Positions 54,111 through 62,416 of a stretch of 64,000 bases of DNA are shown one piece after another. Within the stretch, counting starts at the first letter, position 1. Each line of letters opens with the position of its first letter. The translations under genes were made by a program, and so were the position numbers. Below the pieces are notes generated by a model. The model was not told the DNA's origin, made no database searches, and saw only the letters and a list, made by a program, of their open reading frames with translations. The DNA lies in the IMG/VR virus record IMGVR_UViG_3300005466_000024, positions 64,001 to 128,000 of that record; one strand, given 5' to 3'. Source of the stretch: a virus.

Positions 54111-54301
54111 GACTGAGACCGCCCCTCGATATCGATGAGCCGTTCCGCAATATAGCTATCGGCTTCACTACGTAAATCGACGGCCTTGATGACCTCGCCG
54201 TCCTCGTAGATGAGGTATTGCATCGGGTGCGTGATTTTTGGCTGCCCCCAACGATCACGCTGCATCCAGGTCACGCGCTCACGTTTGACGTAGACGGCCA
54301 T
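54107..54301 (-). CDS. Hypothetical protein
   Basis: 64 aa; SD AGGAG. Confidence 0.6.
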   Translation of the reverse strand: MAVYVKRERVTWMQRDRWGQPKITHPMQYLIYEDGEVIKAVDLRSEADSYIAERLIDIEGRSQS

Positions 54302-54344
54302 TTTCAGCTCCTGTGTGGGTTCTTCTCTCTCACTCCACACAACA

Positions 54345-54361
54345 CTATAGCACCGCTATAT
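54345..54361. promoter_or_regulatory. Palindromic operator copy 5 / -10 element
   Basis: CTATAGC-ACC-GCTATAT. Confidence 0.7.
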
Positions 54362-54368
54362 CTTCCCG

Positions 54369-56366
54369 TCAGTCGTTCTCGGCGAACAATCCCGACAGCG
54401 CGCGCATCAGTTGGGCGGGTACGCAACCGTTCCCGATGATGCGCAGTGCATCGTTGCGGCTGATCGTCCCTGTCGGCCGCTTGCGCGCCGGCAGTAGGTT
54501 GACGAGATCGGTGACCCAGCCGTCGGGCCACCCCATCATCCATTCGGCGAACCGCGCCGATAGCCGCGGGTTGCCCTTGGTGTTGGGTTCGGTGGGTGGT
54601 GGTGCGGGCCGGGTCAGCGCCTCCCAGCGCCGGATCGCTGGTTCGTACTTGCCCCACGCGCTCACCGGTTCGATGCCCAGGTCGATCAGCTGCACGTTGT
54701 GGTGCCAGTTCTCGCCACTGGTCTTGCGGTTGCGATTGGGCCCGCCACCATTGCCGTCGGAGGCCGCCGGGGTGGGCAGCAGCACGTCGTCGGACTGCGT
54801 CGGCAGCAGCAGGTCGGGGCGACTGGCACCGGGCACCTCGTCCCAGGACTCGAACTCGCGGGGCAGCTCGCCGCGCGCGATCTCCAGCGCCTGCTCGAGA
54901 CCTGGTGCCGACCACTGTCGGTAGTCCACCATGGCCTTGCGCGACGCCCGGTTGGTGGCCGCCTTCGGGGTGGGCAGCAGATTGTCCTGCTCGCCCAGAA
55001 GGGTGGCAACATCAGCCAGACCACTGGCCCCACCCTCGCCACGAGATCGCGTGGTGTTGTCCCATGACACCTTCTTGGGGTTGGCACCCTTGAAGTCGTT
55101 GGCATTGGGCGTAGGCAACAGGTCTGGTTCGGCGATTTCGAGCGCCGCGAGTTGCAGGTCGCCCAGCTGCTCGCGCCGACGGCCGTTGCCGGCGGGTCGG
55201 CGGTCGCGCCAGGCTTCGGCGGTGGTCCCGGTGTAGTTGGTCTGCGGGGTGGGCAGCAGCACCGGATCCTGCGCGGCCAGATCGCGCAGCACCGCGTCGG
55301 GCAGCGTGTCGTCGCATTCGGGACGATCTCGCCCTGTGTTCGCGGCCCCCTTGTGGTCGCGGGCCTGCGGGGTGGGCAGTAGTCGCAGTGCATCGGTCAG
55401 CGACGTGCCGGGGTGCATGACGCCGGTGTCGGTGCTGTGCCGGGCGCTGTCGCGGGCGTCGCTGGTGACTGGCGTCGGCAGCAGCTCTACTACATCGGAT
55501 TCTCTGCCTCGTTCGCCATCGCCAGCATCTGTACTTCCTTGCCCAGGTTCCGGGCATGCCCATTCCCCGTCGTAGGTTGTGTCGTCGGGGTCGGCAGCAG
55601 CTCCCCGCCCGTTTCCAGTAGATCGTTCTCCACCAGCACCGCCAGGTCCGTCACCCGTTTGCGGCCCGGTTTCTTGGCCAGGTGATTCTCCGGGGTGTTG
55701 TTGTCCGGCTGCGCGCACACCGTGGGCAAGAGTAGATCCTTCTCCGGCGGCGTCTCGGACGGCGTCGCGGACGACGTGCCAGCCGAGGGTTTGCGGCCAC
55801 GCGAGGGCGAAGACCCTTTCGCGTTTGTGCGGCGCACCGGCTGCGGACGCGGGTACAGTAGCCCAGCGCGCATCGTACCCGAGGTTGGCCAGGTCGCCGA
55901 ATACGGCTCCGGCTGCTCGCAGGACGGCGTCGGGGGCTTCCACCACAGCTGGGTCTCCCGATCCCAGATCGCGGTGGGCTTTCGCGGAGAGGAGTCCCCG
56001 CACGTTTTCGATGCAGACAAGGAGCGGCTCCAGTTCTTTGATCGCAATGGCCATGGCTACCCATAGGCCCGAACGGGTGGCCTCGCCTTTTTCGTTGGGG
56101 CCGATGCCCAGCCTGCGCCCGGCGGCCGATACATCCTGGCACGGGAATCCTCCGCAGAGAATGTCCACGGGTTCCACTTCGGCCCAATTCACCTGGGTGA
56201 TATCGCCGAGGTTGGGGATGTCGGGCCAGTGTTTGGCCAGTACGACCGAGGCGGCCGGATCGCTCTCGCACTGCCACATGAGCTGGCCACCGAAGAATGC
56301 TTCGACCCCCTGGTCGAGCCCGCCCCCACCGGAGAACACGGACCCGATGCGCAGCGCGTCACCCAT
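54369..56366 (-). CDS. C5 cytosine DNA methyltransferase with expanded variable region
   Basis: Motif I FSGGGG, IV GGFPCQD, VI ENV, VIII PHKRERVF, IX-X EWMMGWP...IGNGCVP. Confidence 0.9.
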   Translation of the reverse strand: MGDALRIGSVFSGGGGLDQGVEAFFGGQLMWQCESDPAASVVLAKHWPDIPNLGDITQVNWAEVEPVDILCGGFPCQDVSAAGRRLGIGPNEKGEATRSGLWVAMAIAIKELEPLLVCIENVRGLLSAKAHRDLGSGDPAVVEAPDAVLRAAGAVFGDLANLGYDARWATVPASAAGAPHKRERVFALAWPQTLGWHVVRDAVRDAAGEGSTLAHGVRAAGQQHPGESPGQETGPQTGDGPGGAGGERSTGNGRGAAADPDDTTYDGEWACPEPGQGSTDAGDGERGRESDVVELLPTPVTSDARDSARHSTDTGVMHPGTSLTDALRLLPTPQARDHKGAANTGRDRPECDDTLPDAVLRDLAAQDPVLLPTPQTNYTGTTAEAWRDRRPAGNGRRREQLGDLQLAALEIAEPDLLPTPNANDFKGANPKKVSWDNTTRSRGEGGASGLADVATLLGEQDNLLPTPKAATNRASRKAMVDYRQWSAPGLEQALEIARGELPREFESWDEVPGASRPDLLLPTQSDDVLLPTPAASDGNGGGPNRNRKTSGENWHHNVQLIDLGIEPVSAWGKYEPAIRRWEALTRPAPPPTEPNTKGNPRLSARFAEWMMGWPDGWVTDLVNLLPARKRPTGTISRNDALRIIGNGCVPAQLMRALSGLFAEND
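55490..56047 (-). CDS. Overlapping out-of-frame ORF related to the methyltransferase variable region
   Basis: SATWPTSGTMRAG...LLLPT...VTDLAVL...ELLPTP; carries the same modules as the main frame. Confidence 0.5.
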   Translation of the reverse strand: MRSKNWSRSLSASKTCGDSSPRKPTAIWDRETQLWWKPPTPSCEQPEPYSATWPTSGTMRAGLLYPRPQPVRRTNAKGSSPSRGRKPSAGTSSATPSETPPEKDLLLPTVCAQPDNNTPENHLAKKPGRKRVTDLAVLVENDLLETGGELLPTPTTQPTTGNGHARNLGKEVQMLAMANEAENPM

Positions 56367-56466
56367 CGTTTGTGCGCCTCACACCTTTTCCGGCTGGGGA
56401 GGCCCGGGGGCGGATCTCAGGGGGTGGTGGACCCGGCCCCCGGGCAGCTTCTCGTCCCCCTCCTTT

Positions 56467-56745
56467 TCACTCGCCGAGCAACGCGATCACGTCGTCGAGC
56501 GTCGTGGTGGTTTCGCTGGTGCCCGGCCGCGGGTGCGGCCGGGCACCCAGGTATTCGGCCTTGGCCCAGATCGTGACGATCGGCTTGACGGCCCTGGCCA
56601 CACTCATCGGCCACTCGGCCAGGAACTGGCGGCAGATGGCGGTGTGCGCCGCTTCGGCGTCCTCGCGCATCCGGAGGATTTCGTTGCTGGTCATCGCGTG
56701 TACGCGGTGGCACCGACCGGACTGGTCGATGAGGTAACTGGGCAT
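56467..56745 (-). CDS. Hypothetical protein
   Basis: SD AGGAGG; 92 aa. Confidence 0.6.
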   Translation of the reverse strand: MPSYLIDQSGRCHRVHAMTSNEILRMREDAEAAHTAICRQFLAEWPMSVARAVKPIVTIWAKAEYLGARPHPRPGTSETTTTLDDVIALLGE

Positions 56746-56877
56746 CTCACGGCCTCCTGTCCCCTTACTGCTTCCCCGCGCCGCCGTGGGTCCACTGGAC
56801 GCCAGGAAATCCTTTGCACCATTTCTGCCCCTAATGTCACACTGCCTTATGGCCACCGATAACTGCCCGGATCCGAC

Positions 56878-57030
56878 GTGAACACTCATGACCCGCAAGA
56901 CCGGGAACACCTGCGCACCTTGTCCACCAAGAAGCTGCGTCGGCTGCGGGTCAACGTCGAGCGCAGCCTATCCGAGCTGCAAGCCTATGCGGGGGCGGTC
57001 GATGCGGTCCTGAAGGAGCGCGATGGCTGA
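56878..57030 (+). CDS. Small coiled-coil protein
   Basis: VNTHDPQDREHLRTLSTKKLRRLRVNVERSLSELQAYAGAVDAVLKERDG*; overlaps the next start; absent from the ORF track. Confidence 0.5.
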   Translation: MNTHDPQDREHLRTLSTKKLRRLRVNVERSLSELQAYAGAVDAVLKERDG

Positions 57031-57649
57031 CCTGCACAATCCGTACTGGGACGAGGTTGGGCACGCGGCCAGGCCCGGTGAATTCCCCTGGGAGCACCAC
57101 CAGTTGGAGATCGCCCGCTTCCGGTCCGATTCCGGTGAGGAGTACCTGGACCGGCAGAAGTTCGTCGGCCGGTACTCCTGGACGGTCACCGACCCCGACA
57201 GTGTGCAGTTCGTGGCTGATCACGTGGTGGGCGGCGTCGTGGATCCGATGGCGGGTACCGGCTACTGGGCCTACCTGCTGGGGCAGCTGGGTATCACGGT
57301 GGTGTGCTACGACCTGCACGCCGACTGCGACAATCCGTGGCACGGGGATCACTCGCATTGGGTGCCGGTGCAGCCCATGGACGGCGCGGAGTCGGTAGTT
57401 CTACACCCGGACAAGACCCTGCTGCTGGCGTGGCCCCCGTACAGCGACCCGGCCGGGGCTCGCATCCTCGATGCCTACCGCGGGAACCGTGTCATCTACC
57501 TCGGGGAGTTCGATGGCTGTTGCGGCGACGACGCCATGCACGAGGCGCTGGCAAGCGGGTGGGAGGAGGTCGCGTCGATCAGGCCGGTGCTGTGGTGGGG
57601 GCTGCACGACCGGATCACGGTGTTCGTGCGAAAGCCCACCGGGGAATGA
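57023..57649 (+). CDS. SAM-dependent methyltransferase-like protein
   Basis: VVDPMAGTGYWA SAM-binding motif; LLLAWPP; VIYLGE. Confidence 0.7.
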   Translation: MADLHNPYWDEVGHAARPGEFPWEHHQLEIARFRSDSGEEYLDRQKFVGRYSWTVTDPDSVQFVADHVVGGVVDPMAGTGYWAYLLGQLGITVVCYDLHADCDNPWHGDHSHWVPVQPMDGAESVVLHPDKTLLLAWPPYSDPAGARILDAYRGNRVIYLGEFDGCCGDDAMHEALASGWEEVASIRPVLWWGLHDRITVFVRKPTGE

Positions 57650-57710
57650 TTTACTCAACCCTGGGCGTCATGCTTGTCCTGTAGCACCATTATTGGGTAC
57701 GTTCCCTCGC

Positions 57711-58799
57711 ATGCGGACTCTACTTGCTGTTGCCACACTGTCGGGCGCGATGACCGCCGTGGCGTCCACGTCGGTGGCACTGGCGGCCACCGTCCTCACC
57801 GTGAGCGGCAGCACGTTGCTCGTAAGCACGCCCATGGAGCACGAACTGCAGGGCGCCCTGTGTCGGGCGCCCAACACCTGCGAGAAGGTCGACTACCCGG
57901 CGGGCGGGATCGGTCAGGGCCCCCTGGACCAGGGTGAAGTGGCACTGCAGGACAAGATCGCCGCCACTTCCGGGGATAAGATCGTGATGGCGTACTCCCA
58001 GGGCGGGATCATCGCGACCCAGTGGCTCGAGCAGCACGCCGGCCAACCCGACGCACCACCGGCGAGCGATCTCACGTTCGTGCTGTTCGGCAACCCGCAG
58101 CGCGCCGAAGGAGGGTTGGGCCCCGCGAGCGGTGGGGGACGATCGAACACCCCGACCCCCACCGATACGCCGTACTCGATCGTCGATGTCAGCCGGCAGT
58201 ACGATCTCCTGTCCGACTGGCCCACGGACCCCACCAACGGGCTGGCGGTCGCGAACGCGCTTGCGGGCTACCTCTTCGTCCACACCGACTACACCGGTGT
58301 GGACGTCAATTCGCCGGACAACCTCGTGAAGAAGGTCGGCAACACGACCTACGTACTGGCCCCCACCGCGAACCTGCCGCTTCTGGAGCCACTGCGGCGG
58401 GTCGGTCTGGGCGGTGCGGCCGATGCGCTCAATGCACCGCTGAAGAAGGTGGTGGACGCCGGCTACGACCGCTCGGGGTACGCGCCACTGACTTCGCCCG
58501 TACTGCCGACCGGCAGTGCGGAGACGAGCGTCGCGGCAGTGTCACCAAGGACACCCACTGCCGCATCCGGCATTCACACCGGGTTGACCAAACTCGGTGA
58601 AGCCGCGATTGGAGCGCGCCCGCGCCGTCACCTCAATGCCCAGGTGACGGGGGGCGCTGCACGTCGTGACGTTGCCACGCCACCATCGAACGGCAAGCGC
58701 GCCCACGCAGCGGATGGCGCCCCGGTGAAGGCGGCGGTGCGATCCATCGCGCACGCCCTGTCGAAGCGACAGGGCGGGTCGTTACAGCGGAAGGGCTGA
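57711..58799 (+). CDS. Secreted PE-PPE-domain alpha/beta hydrolase
   Basis: Signal-peptide-like N-terminus; AYSQG elbow; FVLFGNPQR; RQYD..SDWP...NALAGYLFVHTDY; LPLLEPLR. Confidence 0.8.
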   Translation: MRTLLAVATLSGAMTAVASTSVALAATVLTVSGSTLLVSTPMEHELQGALCRAPNTCEKVDYPAGGIGQGPLDQGEVALQDKIAATSGDKIVMAYSQGGIIATQWLEQHAGQPDAPPASDLTFVLFGNPQRAEGGLGPASGGGRSNTPTPTDTPYSIVDVSRQYDLLSDWPTDPTNGLAVANALAGYLFVHTDYTGVDVNSPDNLVKKVGNTTYVLAPTANLPLLEPLRRVGLGGAADALNAPLKKVVDAGYDRSGYAPLTSPVLPTGSAETSVAAVSPRTPTAASGIHTGLTKLGEAAIGARPRRHLNAQVTGGAARRDVATPPSNGKRAHAADGAPVKAAVRSIAHALSKRQGGSLQRKG

Positions 58800-58949
58800 C
58801 AATTCGCTCAGCGTCACGTCGACCACTTGGGTGTGTTGGGCGTCGTCGCTGAACGGATACTCCGTGAGCAGCGCAGCGGCCTCCTTCTCCGAGGAGGCCT
58901 CCACCCGTGTCACCCCTGCCGTGCACCAGTGGACGTCGTATTCAGCCAT
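58782..58949 (-). CDS. Hypothetical protein
   Basis: 55 aa; RVEASSEKEA motif. Confidence 0.5.
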   Translation of the reverse strand: MAEYDVHWCTAGVTRVEASSEKEAAALLTEYPFSDDAQHTQVVDVTLSELSALPL

Positions 58950-58960
58950 GATCCCTACCC

Positions 58961-59353
58961 TCAGCCGATTATTTTCTTCCGCGGCTCCTCGGTCCTGGTG
59001 CCGTCCTCTCGGATGACACCCTTGACCCCGTCCGCCAGGCCCTCTCGGACCTCCCACTGGATTCGATCATGGTCTTGCTCGGTTTGGTGCACGACACGCC
59101 CGGTCACCGTCACCTCGGGGATGAACAACCCGGTGGGGCGCCCGTTCTGGTAGACCTGGTCGATCCCGACATCGACGGTGAACCCGGCCTCACCGAACAA
59201 GTCGGCCGCCGCGCGCAGGAAGCAGTCCAGGTTCGTGTCGGTCAGGGGGGTGTTGGCGAACCGTCTGGAGAGCTGTTCGTAGGCATGCCTGAGCCGGGGC
59301 AGTTCGCTGGGATAGGGTTCTGTGTCCGGCACCGGACTGGGGACGTGCGCCAC
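58961..59353 (-). CDS. Conserved hypothetical protein
   Basis: 130 aa; GTG directly after AAAAAGGGT. Confidence 0.65.
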   Translation of the reverse strand: MAHVPSPVPDTEPYPSELPRLRHAYEQLSRRFANTPLTDTNLDCFLRAAADLFGEAGFTVDVGIDQVYQNGRPTGLFIPEVTVTGRVVHQTEQDHDRIQWEVREGLADGVKGVIREDGTRTEEPRKKIIG

Positions 59354-59443
59354 ACCCTTTTTCCTGTGAACGCCCGAGCGACCTTGTATCAGCTAGGCTT
59401 ACAGGTATTCCCCCGACGAGGAATCCGGTTTCTTGCCTCCGGC

Positions 59444-59983
59444 TCAAGGGCAAGTGGTGGATCCCGCTTCCCGGTTCAGCATCGGTGGCGCCCCTGAGAG
59501 GGTCCCCGCTACGGCGGGGACCTTTCTCGGCTCCAGGTACGTCATCCGTCCATCGGCGTACCGGTAGGTTTCGGCGACATCCCGCGCCAACTCGAGGCAA
59601 CCGGGTGTGCCGGGGCCGTCGAGCGGGAAACCCATGCACACGTCGATACCGGAGTCGACCATCTCCTTGTTGCGGACGTAGCCGGCGCAGGCGTAGAAGG
59701 TGGTGCCGTCGCGGCGGCGGCGCTGATGGTGGCAGTACTCACCGCAGGGGGTGTTCCAGTCGGCGGGGTGCGGCTCGTGATCGATGCGTTGATCCCACCG
59801 ACGGCGCTGCTGCACCCATTCCATGGCGATGGTGTCCCCGCCGCGAGCTTTGCCGTGCACCACGATGAACCGCTCGCCGGAGCCAGGATGCTGATCAAGC
59901 CACCACTGGTAGAGATCCTCGAGATAGTTCTCGATGATCCTGGGTTCGCTCCACTTACGTGAAGCCGTGACCAGAACCCTCAC
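59444..59983 (-). CDS. SLOG-superfamily (DUF2493/YspA-like) protein
   Basis: RVLVTASRKW...VVHGKARGGD..A...HPADW...AGYVRNKEMVD. Confidence 0.75.
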   Translation of the reverse strand: MRVLVTASRKWSEPRIIENYLEDLYQWWLDQHPGSGERFIVVHGKARGGDTIAMEWVQQRRRWDQRIDHEPHPADWNTPCGEYCHHQRRRRDGTTFYACAGYVRNKEMVDSGIDVCMGFPLDGPGTPGCLELARDVAETYRYADGRMTYLEPRKVPAVAGTLSGAPPMLNREAGSTTCP

Positions 59984-60252
59984 GGGACCGGCCGAAGTCG
60001 GACGACCATGTGCTCGATCAGGCGGCATGCCGCAGAACTCGACGAGTGCGCGTGGACGTGCTGCGGCCAGCGGTCCGGGTGGTTCTCGAGCCAGTACAGC
60101 ACGGTATCGGTGCGGTCGCCGTGCTTGAGGACGTAGTCCAGCGACATTTCGGTCACGGTGTGGGTGGCCAGCACGTCGATGGCCGCGGCACTGGTCTCGA
60201 CCCCACACCAACCCTCCGGTGCGGGCCGCTCGTCGTCAACCCAGAGCTTCAT
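59980..60252 (-). CDS. Cyclic-phosphate-processing receiver (cREC)-like domain protein
   Basis: MKLWVDDERPAPEGW...AIDVL...EMSLDY...VHAHS. Confidence 0.7.
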   Translation of the reverse strand: MKLWVDDERPAPEGWCGVETSAAAIDVLATHTVTEMSLDYVLKHGDRTDTVLYWLENHPDRWPQHVHAHSSSSAACRLIEHMVVRLRPVP

Positions 60253-60260
60253 GCCGGTCA

Positions 60261-61643
60261 TCAGAACCCGTAGTCACTGCCACCCGAGGATGAGCTGCCA
60301 CCGTAGTCGCCGCCGCTGAACCCGCTGCTGGAGCCACCGAAGTCCCAGCTCGATGAGGAGCTGCTCGAAGAGCTGCTGTCGTCACGACGCAACCCCGAGT
60401 AGTCGTAGGTGACTGACTTGCTGCTGCTTTCCCGCTCACCGGAGAACCCGACATTGGACTGGTCACTGGTGGTGCGCCACTCGTTGTGGTCGCGCAGATC
60501 GTCATCGAAGCGCTGTCGTGAGCCGTCGTAGGTGTAGTCGCGCAACGGGGTGTCGGTCACGGTGACCGATGTCGGATCCCAGCCCCAGTTGTAGAACGGC
60601 GTCGGGTAGTAGCCGGGGAAGAAGTACACGTTGTTGTACTGGCCACCGGCCCAGTAGTACGGATAGCCCGATTCGCGATTGCGCCGGTAGTCGGCATTGT
60701 CGATGAGTACGCGTTCACCCGAAACCGGGTGCTGCGCCTGCACGGTGGCCTGCTTGCGCCGCCGGCGCGGGGTTTTGGCCACCGCCGACCAATCGGGGGT
60801 GTGTGTGGGGTTGATCTTGTAATCGGCGTCTCCCGCCGCAGTCGCCACCACCCCCAGGTGCGCGCGGGCGGCGACGTAGTCCTTGCGGGTCATCGCGTCC
60901 TTGGCGTCGGCCAGCGCGGCGTGCGCCTTGAGGCTCTCGTCGGCCACCTCGTCGCCGTTGAGCACCATCTGGCCCAGGTCGTTCACCTTGGATTCGGCGG
61001 CGATCAGATCCGAGCGCAGTTGCTCCTCACGTTCGCGCTCGCGGGTCTGGTGGCGTATCCACCGGCTCAACGCCCACGCCAGCGCAGCCAGCAACCCAAT
61101 ACCGGCCACCACGATCAGTGTCACCCACAGCCAGGTCCAGTCGGTCGGCTCGCTCGATGATGCTGCAGCCTGCGGCCCACCGCGCAGCCCGTCGATCTTG
61201 GCCACGAACGCTTCCACCGCGCCCTGCGGGTCGCCCTTGTGTTCCTTGGCCGAGCTGCCCATGAATCCGTCCACCGAGTCGGCGGTGCGCTGGTTCACGT
61301 TGAAGGCCCGCACGTGGTAGCCCTTGGAGTCGATGATCAGCAGGATGCCCGAGAAATGCCCGACGCGCGCGGTCAGCGCTGCGTACAGGGCATCGGGTGT
61401 GGTGATACCGGTCTGGGGCGGCGCCACCACCGCCACGTAGATCGGTAGGTTCTTGTCGACGATCGTCCGGTTGATCCGGCCGGGATCGCTCAGTGTCGGG
61501 TGGGCGGCCGGGTCGGCCACCACGTGCGACTGGGCGCCGAACCTGCCGGCGAGGTCATCGGTGTAGGTGTCGGCCCACACCGGTGCGGCCAACAGGCCGA
61601 GTGTCACCAGTGGGGCGAGCAGCCAGAGCAGCCGTCGCGTCAT
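60261..61643 (-). CDS. Exported/membrane protein (signal peptide, TPM-like domain, one TM, Ser/Gly-rich tail)
   Basis: Hydrophobic N-terminus; WTWLWVTLIVVAGIGLLAALAW TM; SSSSWDFGGSS C-terminus. Confidence 0.65.
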   Translation of the reverse strand: MTRRLLWLLAPLVTLGLLAAPVWADTYTDDLAGRFGAQSHVVADPAAHPTLSDPGRINRTIVDKNLPIYVAVVAPPQTGITTPDALYAALTARVGHFSGILLIIDSKGYHVRAFNVNQRTADSVDGFMGSSAKEHKGDPQGAVEAFVAKIDGLRGGPQAAASSSEPTDWTWLWVTLIVVAGIGLLAALAWALSRWIRHQTREREREEQLRSDLIAAESKVNDLGQMVLNGDEVADESLKAHAALADAKDAMTRKDYVAARAHLGVVATAAGDADYKINPTHTPDWSAVAKTPRRRRKQATVQAQHPVSGERVLIDNADYRRNRESGYPYYWAGGQYNNVYFFPGYYPTPFYNWGWDPTSVTVTDTPLRDYTYDGSRQRFDDDLRDHNEWRTTSDQSNVGFSGERESSSKSVTYDYSGLRRDDSSSSSSSSSSWDFGGSSSGFSGGDYGGSSSSGGSDYGF

Positions 61644-61693
61644 TTCGGGATCCCCTTCGGGTCGTGTCGGGCCCTCCACCCGAACTCACATCA

Positions 61694-61710
61694 CTATAAC
61701 GCCGCTATGG
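61694..61710. promoter_or_regulatory. Palindromic operator copy 6 / -10 element
   Basis: CTATAAC-GCC-GCTATGG. Confidence 0.55.
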
Positions 61711-61721
61711 CATCCTTGCCG

Positions 61722-62141
61722 TCACCCGGCCGCCAGTCTCCGGTGTTTCACGTTCTCGTTGGTCACCGGCTCCAGCACCACCGCCGCGTCCAGCCCCAGG
61801 TCGGTCAACAGCGGCCGGATCGATTCCGGTTCCAGCACCAGCTGCTCGTAGGTCAGGCAGTAAACCCGACGGTGCGCGATGGCGGCGAGCTGCCGGTAAC
61901 CGTCCTGCAACTTGCGCCATGCCTCATTCGGGGAGAGACCACCGGCGATCTGGGAGGCCATCGTGGCGAACGGGTCGCGGTACACCATGATCACCGCCTC
62001 GCAGTCGGCGGCCAGGGCAGGCAGGTCGGCCCAGTCGTCGGGATAGGTGGCCGAGCGGTGCGCCACGACGCCACCGGCGGCCCGCAGCATCCGGGTGACC
62101 AGGGAGGTGCCCGAGGATTCGGGGCCGGTGACCAGCAGCAT
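61722..62141 (-). CDS. Sulfotransferase-like P-loop protein
   Basis: LLVTGPESSGTSLVTRML (5'-PSB-like loop), IMVYRDP..TMAS, LTYEQLV. Confidence 0.65.
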   Translation of the reverse strand: MLLVTGPESSGTSLVTRMLRAAGGVVAHRSATYPDDWADLPALAADCEAVIMVYRDPFATMASQIAGGLSPNEAWRKLQDGYRQLAAIAHRRVYCLTYEQLVLEPESIRPLLTDLGLDAAVVLEPVTNENVKHRRLAAG

Positions 62142-62416
62142 CAGATCAGTCCATGGGGTATGAGGGTGACGTAGCTATCATCGCTCAAAGAGTGCAGTGC
62201 ACACTCGATCAACGCGGTGATGGCCTCGGCCCGGTTTGTGGCCTGCACTACGTTCAGGCCACCGGCATCCCTCACGATCCACGGGCCGTCGGATCGTATC
62301 GCGGTGAGCAGGACTTGCCCGGTGCCGCAGTCGACGAGCACCATCAGGTTGGGGTAGGGCGCATCGATGCGGTGATCCGGTGCGACGCCAACCCGCAGGT
62401 CGGCGTCCACACTCAA
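62141..62416 (-). CDS. Hypothetical protein
   Basis: TTGA coupling to the upstream gene; 91 aa. Confidence 0.55.
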   Translation of the reverse strand: MSVDADLRVGVAPDHRIDAPYPNLMVLVDCGTGQVLLTAIRSDGPWIVRDAGGLNVVQATNRAEAITALIECALHSLSDDSYVTLIPHGLI

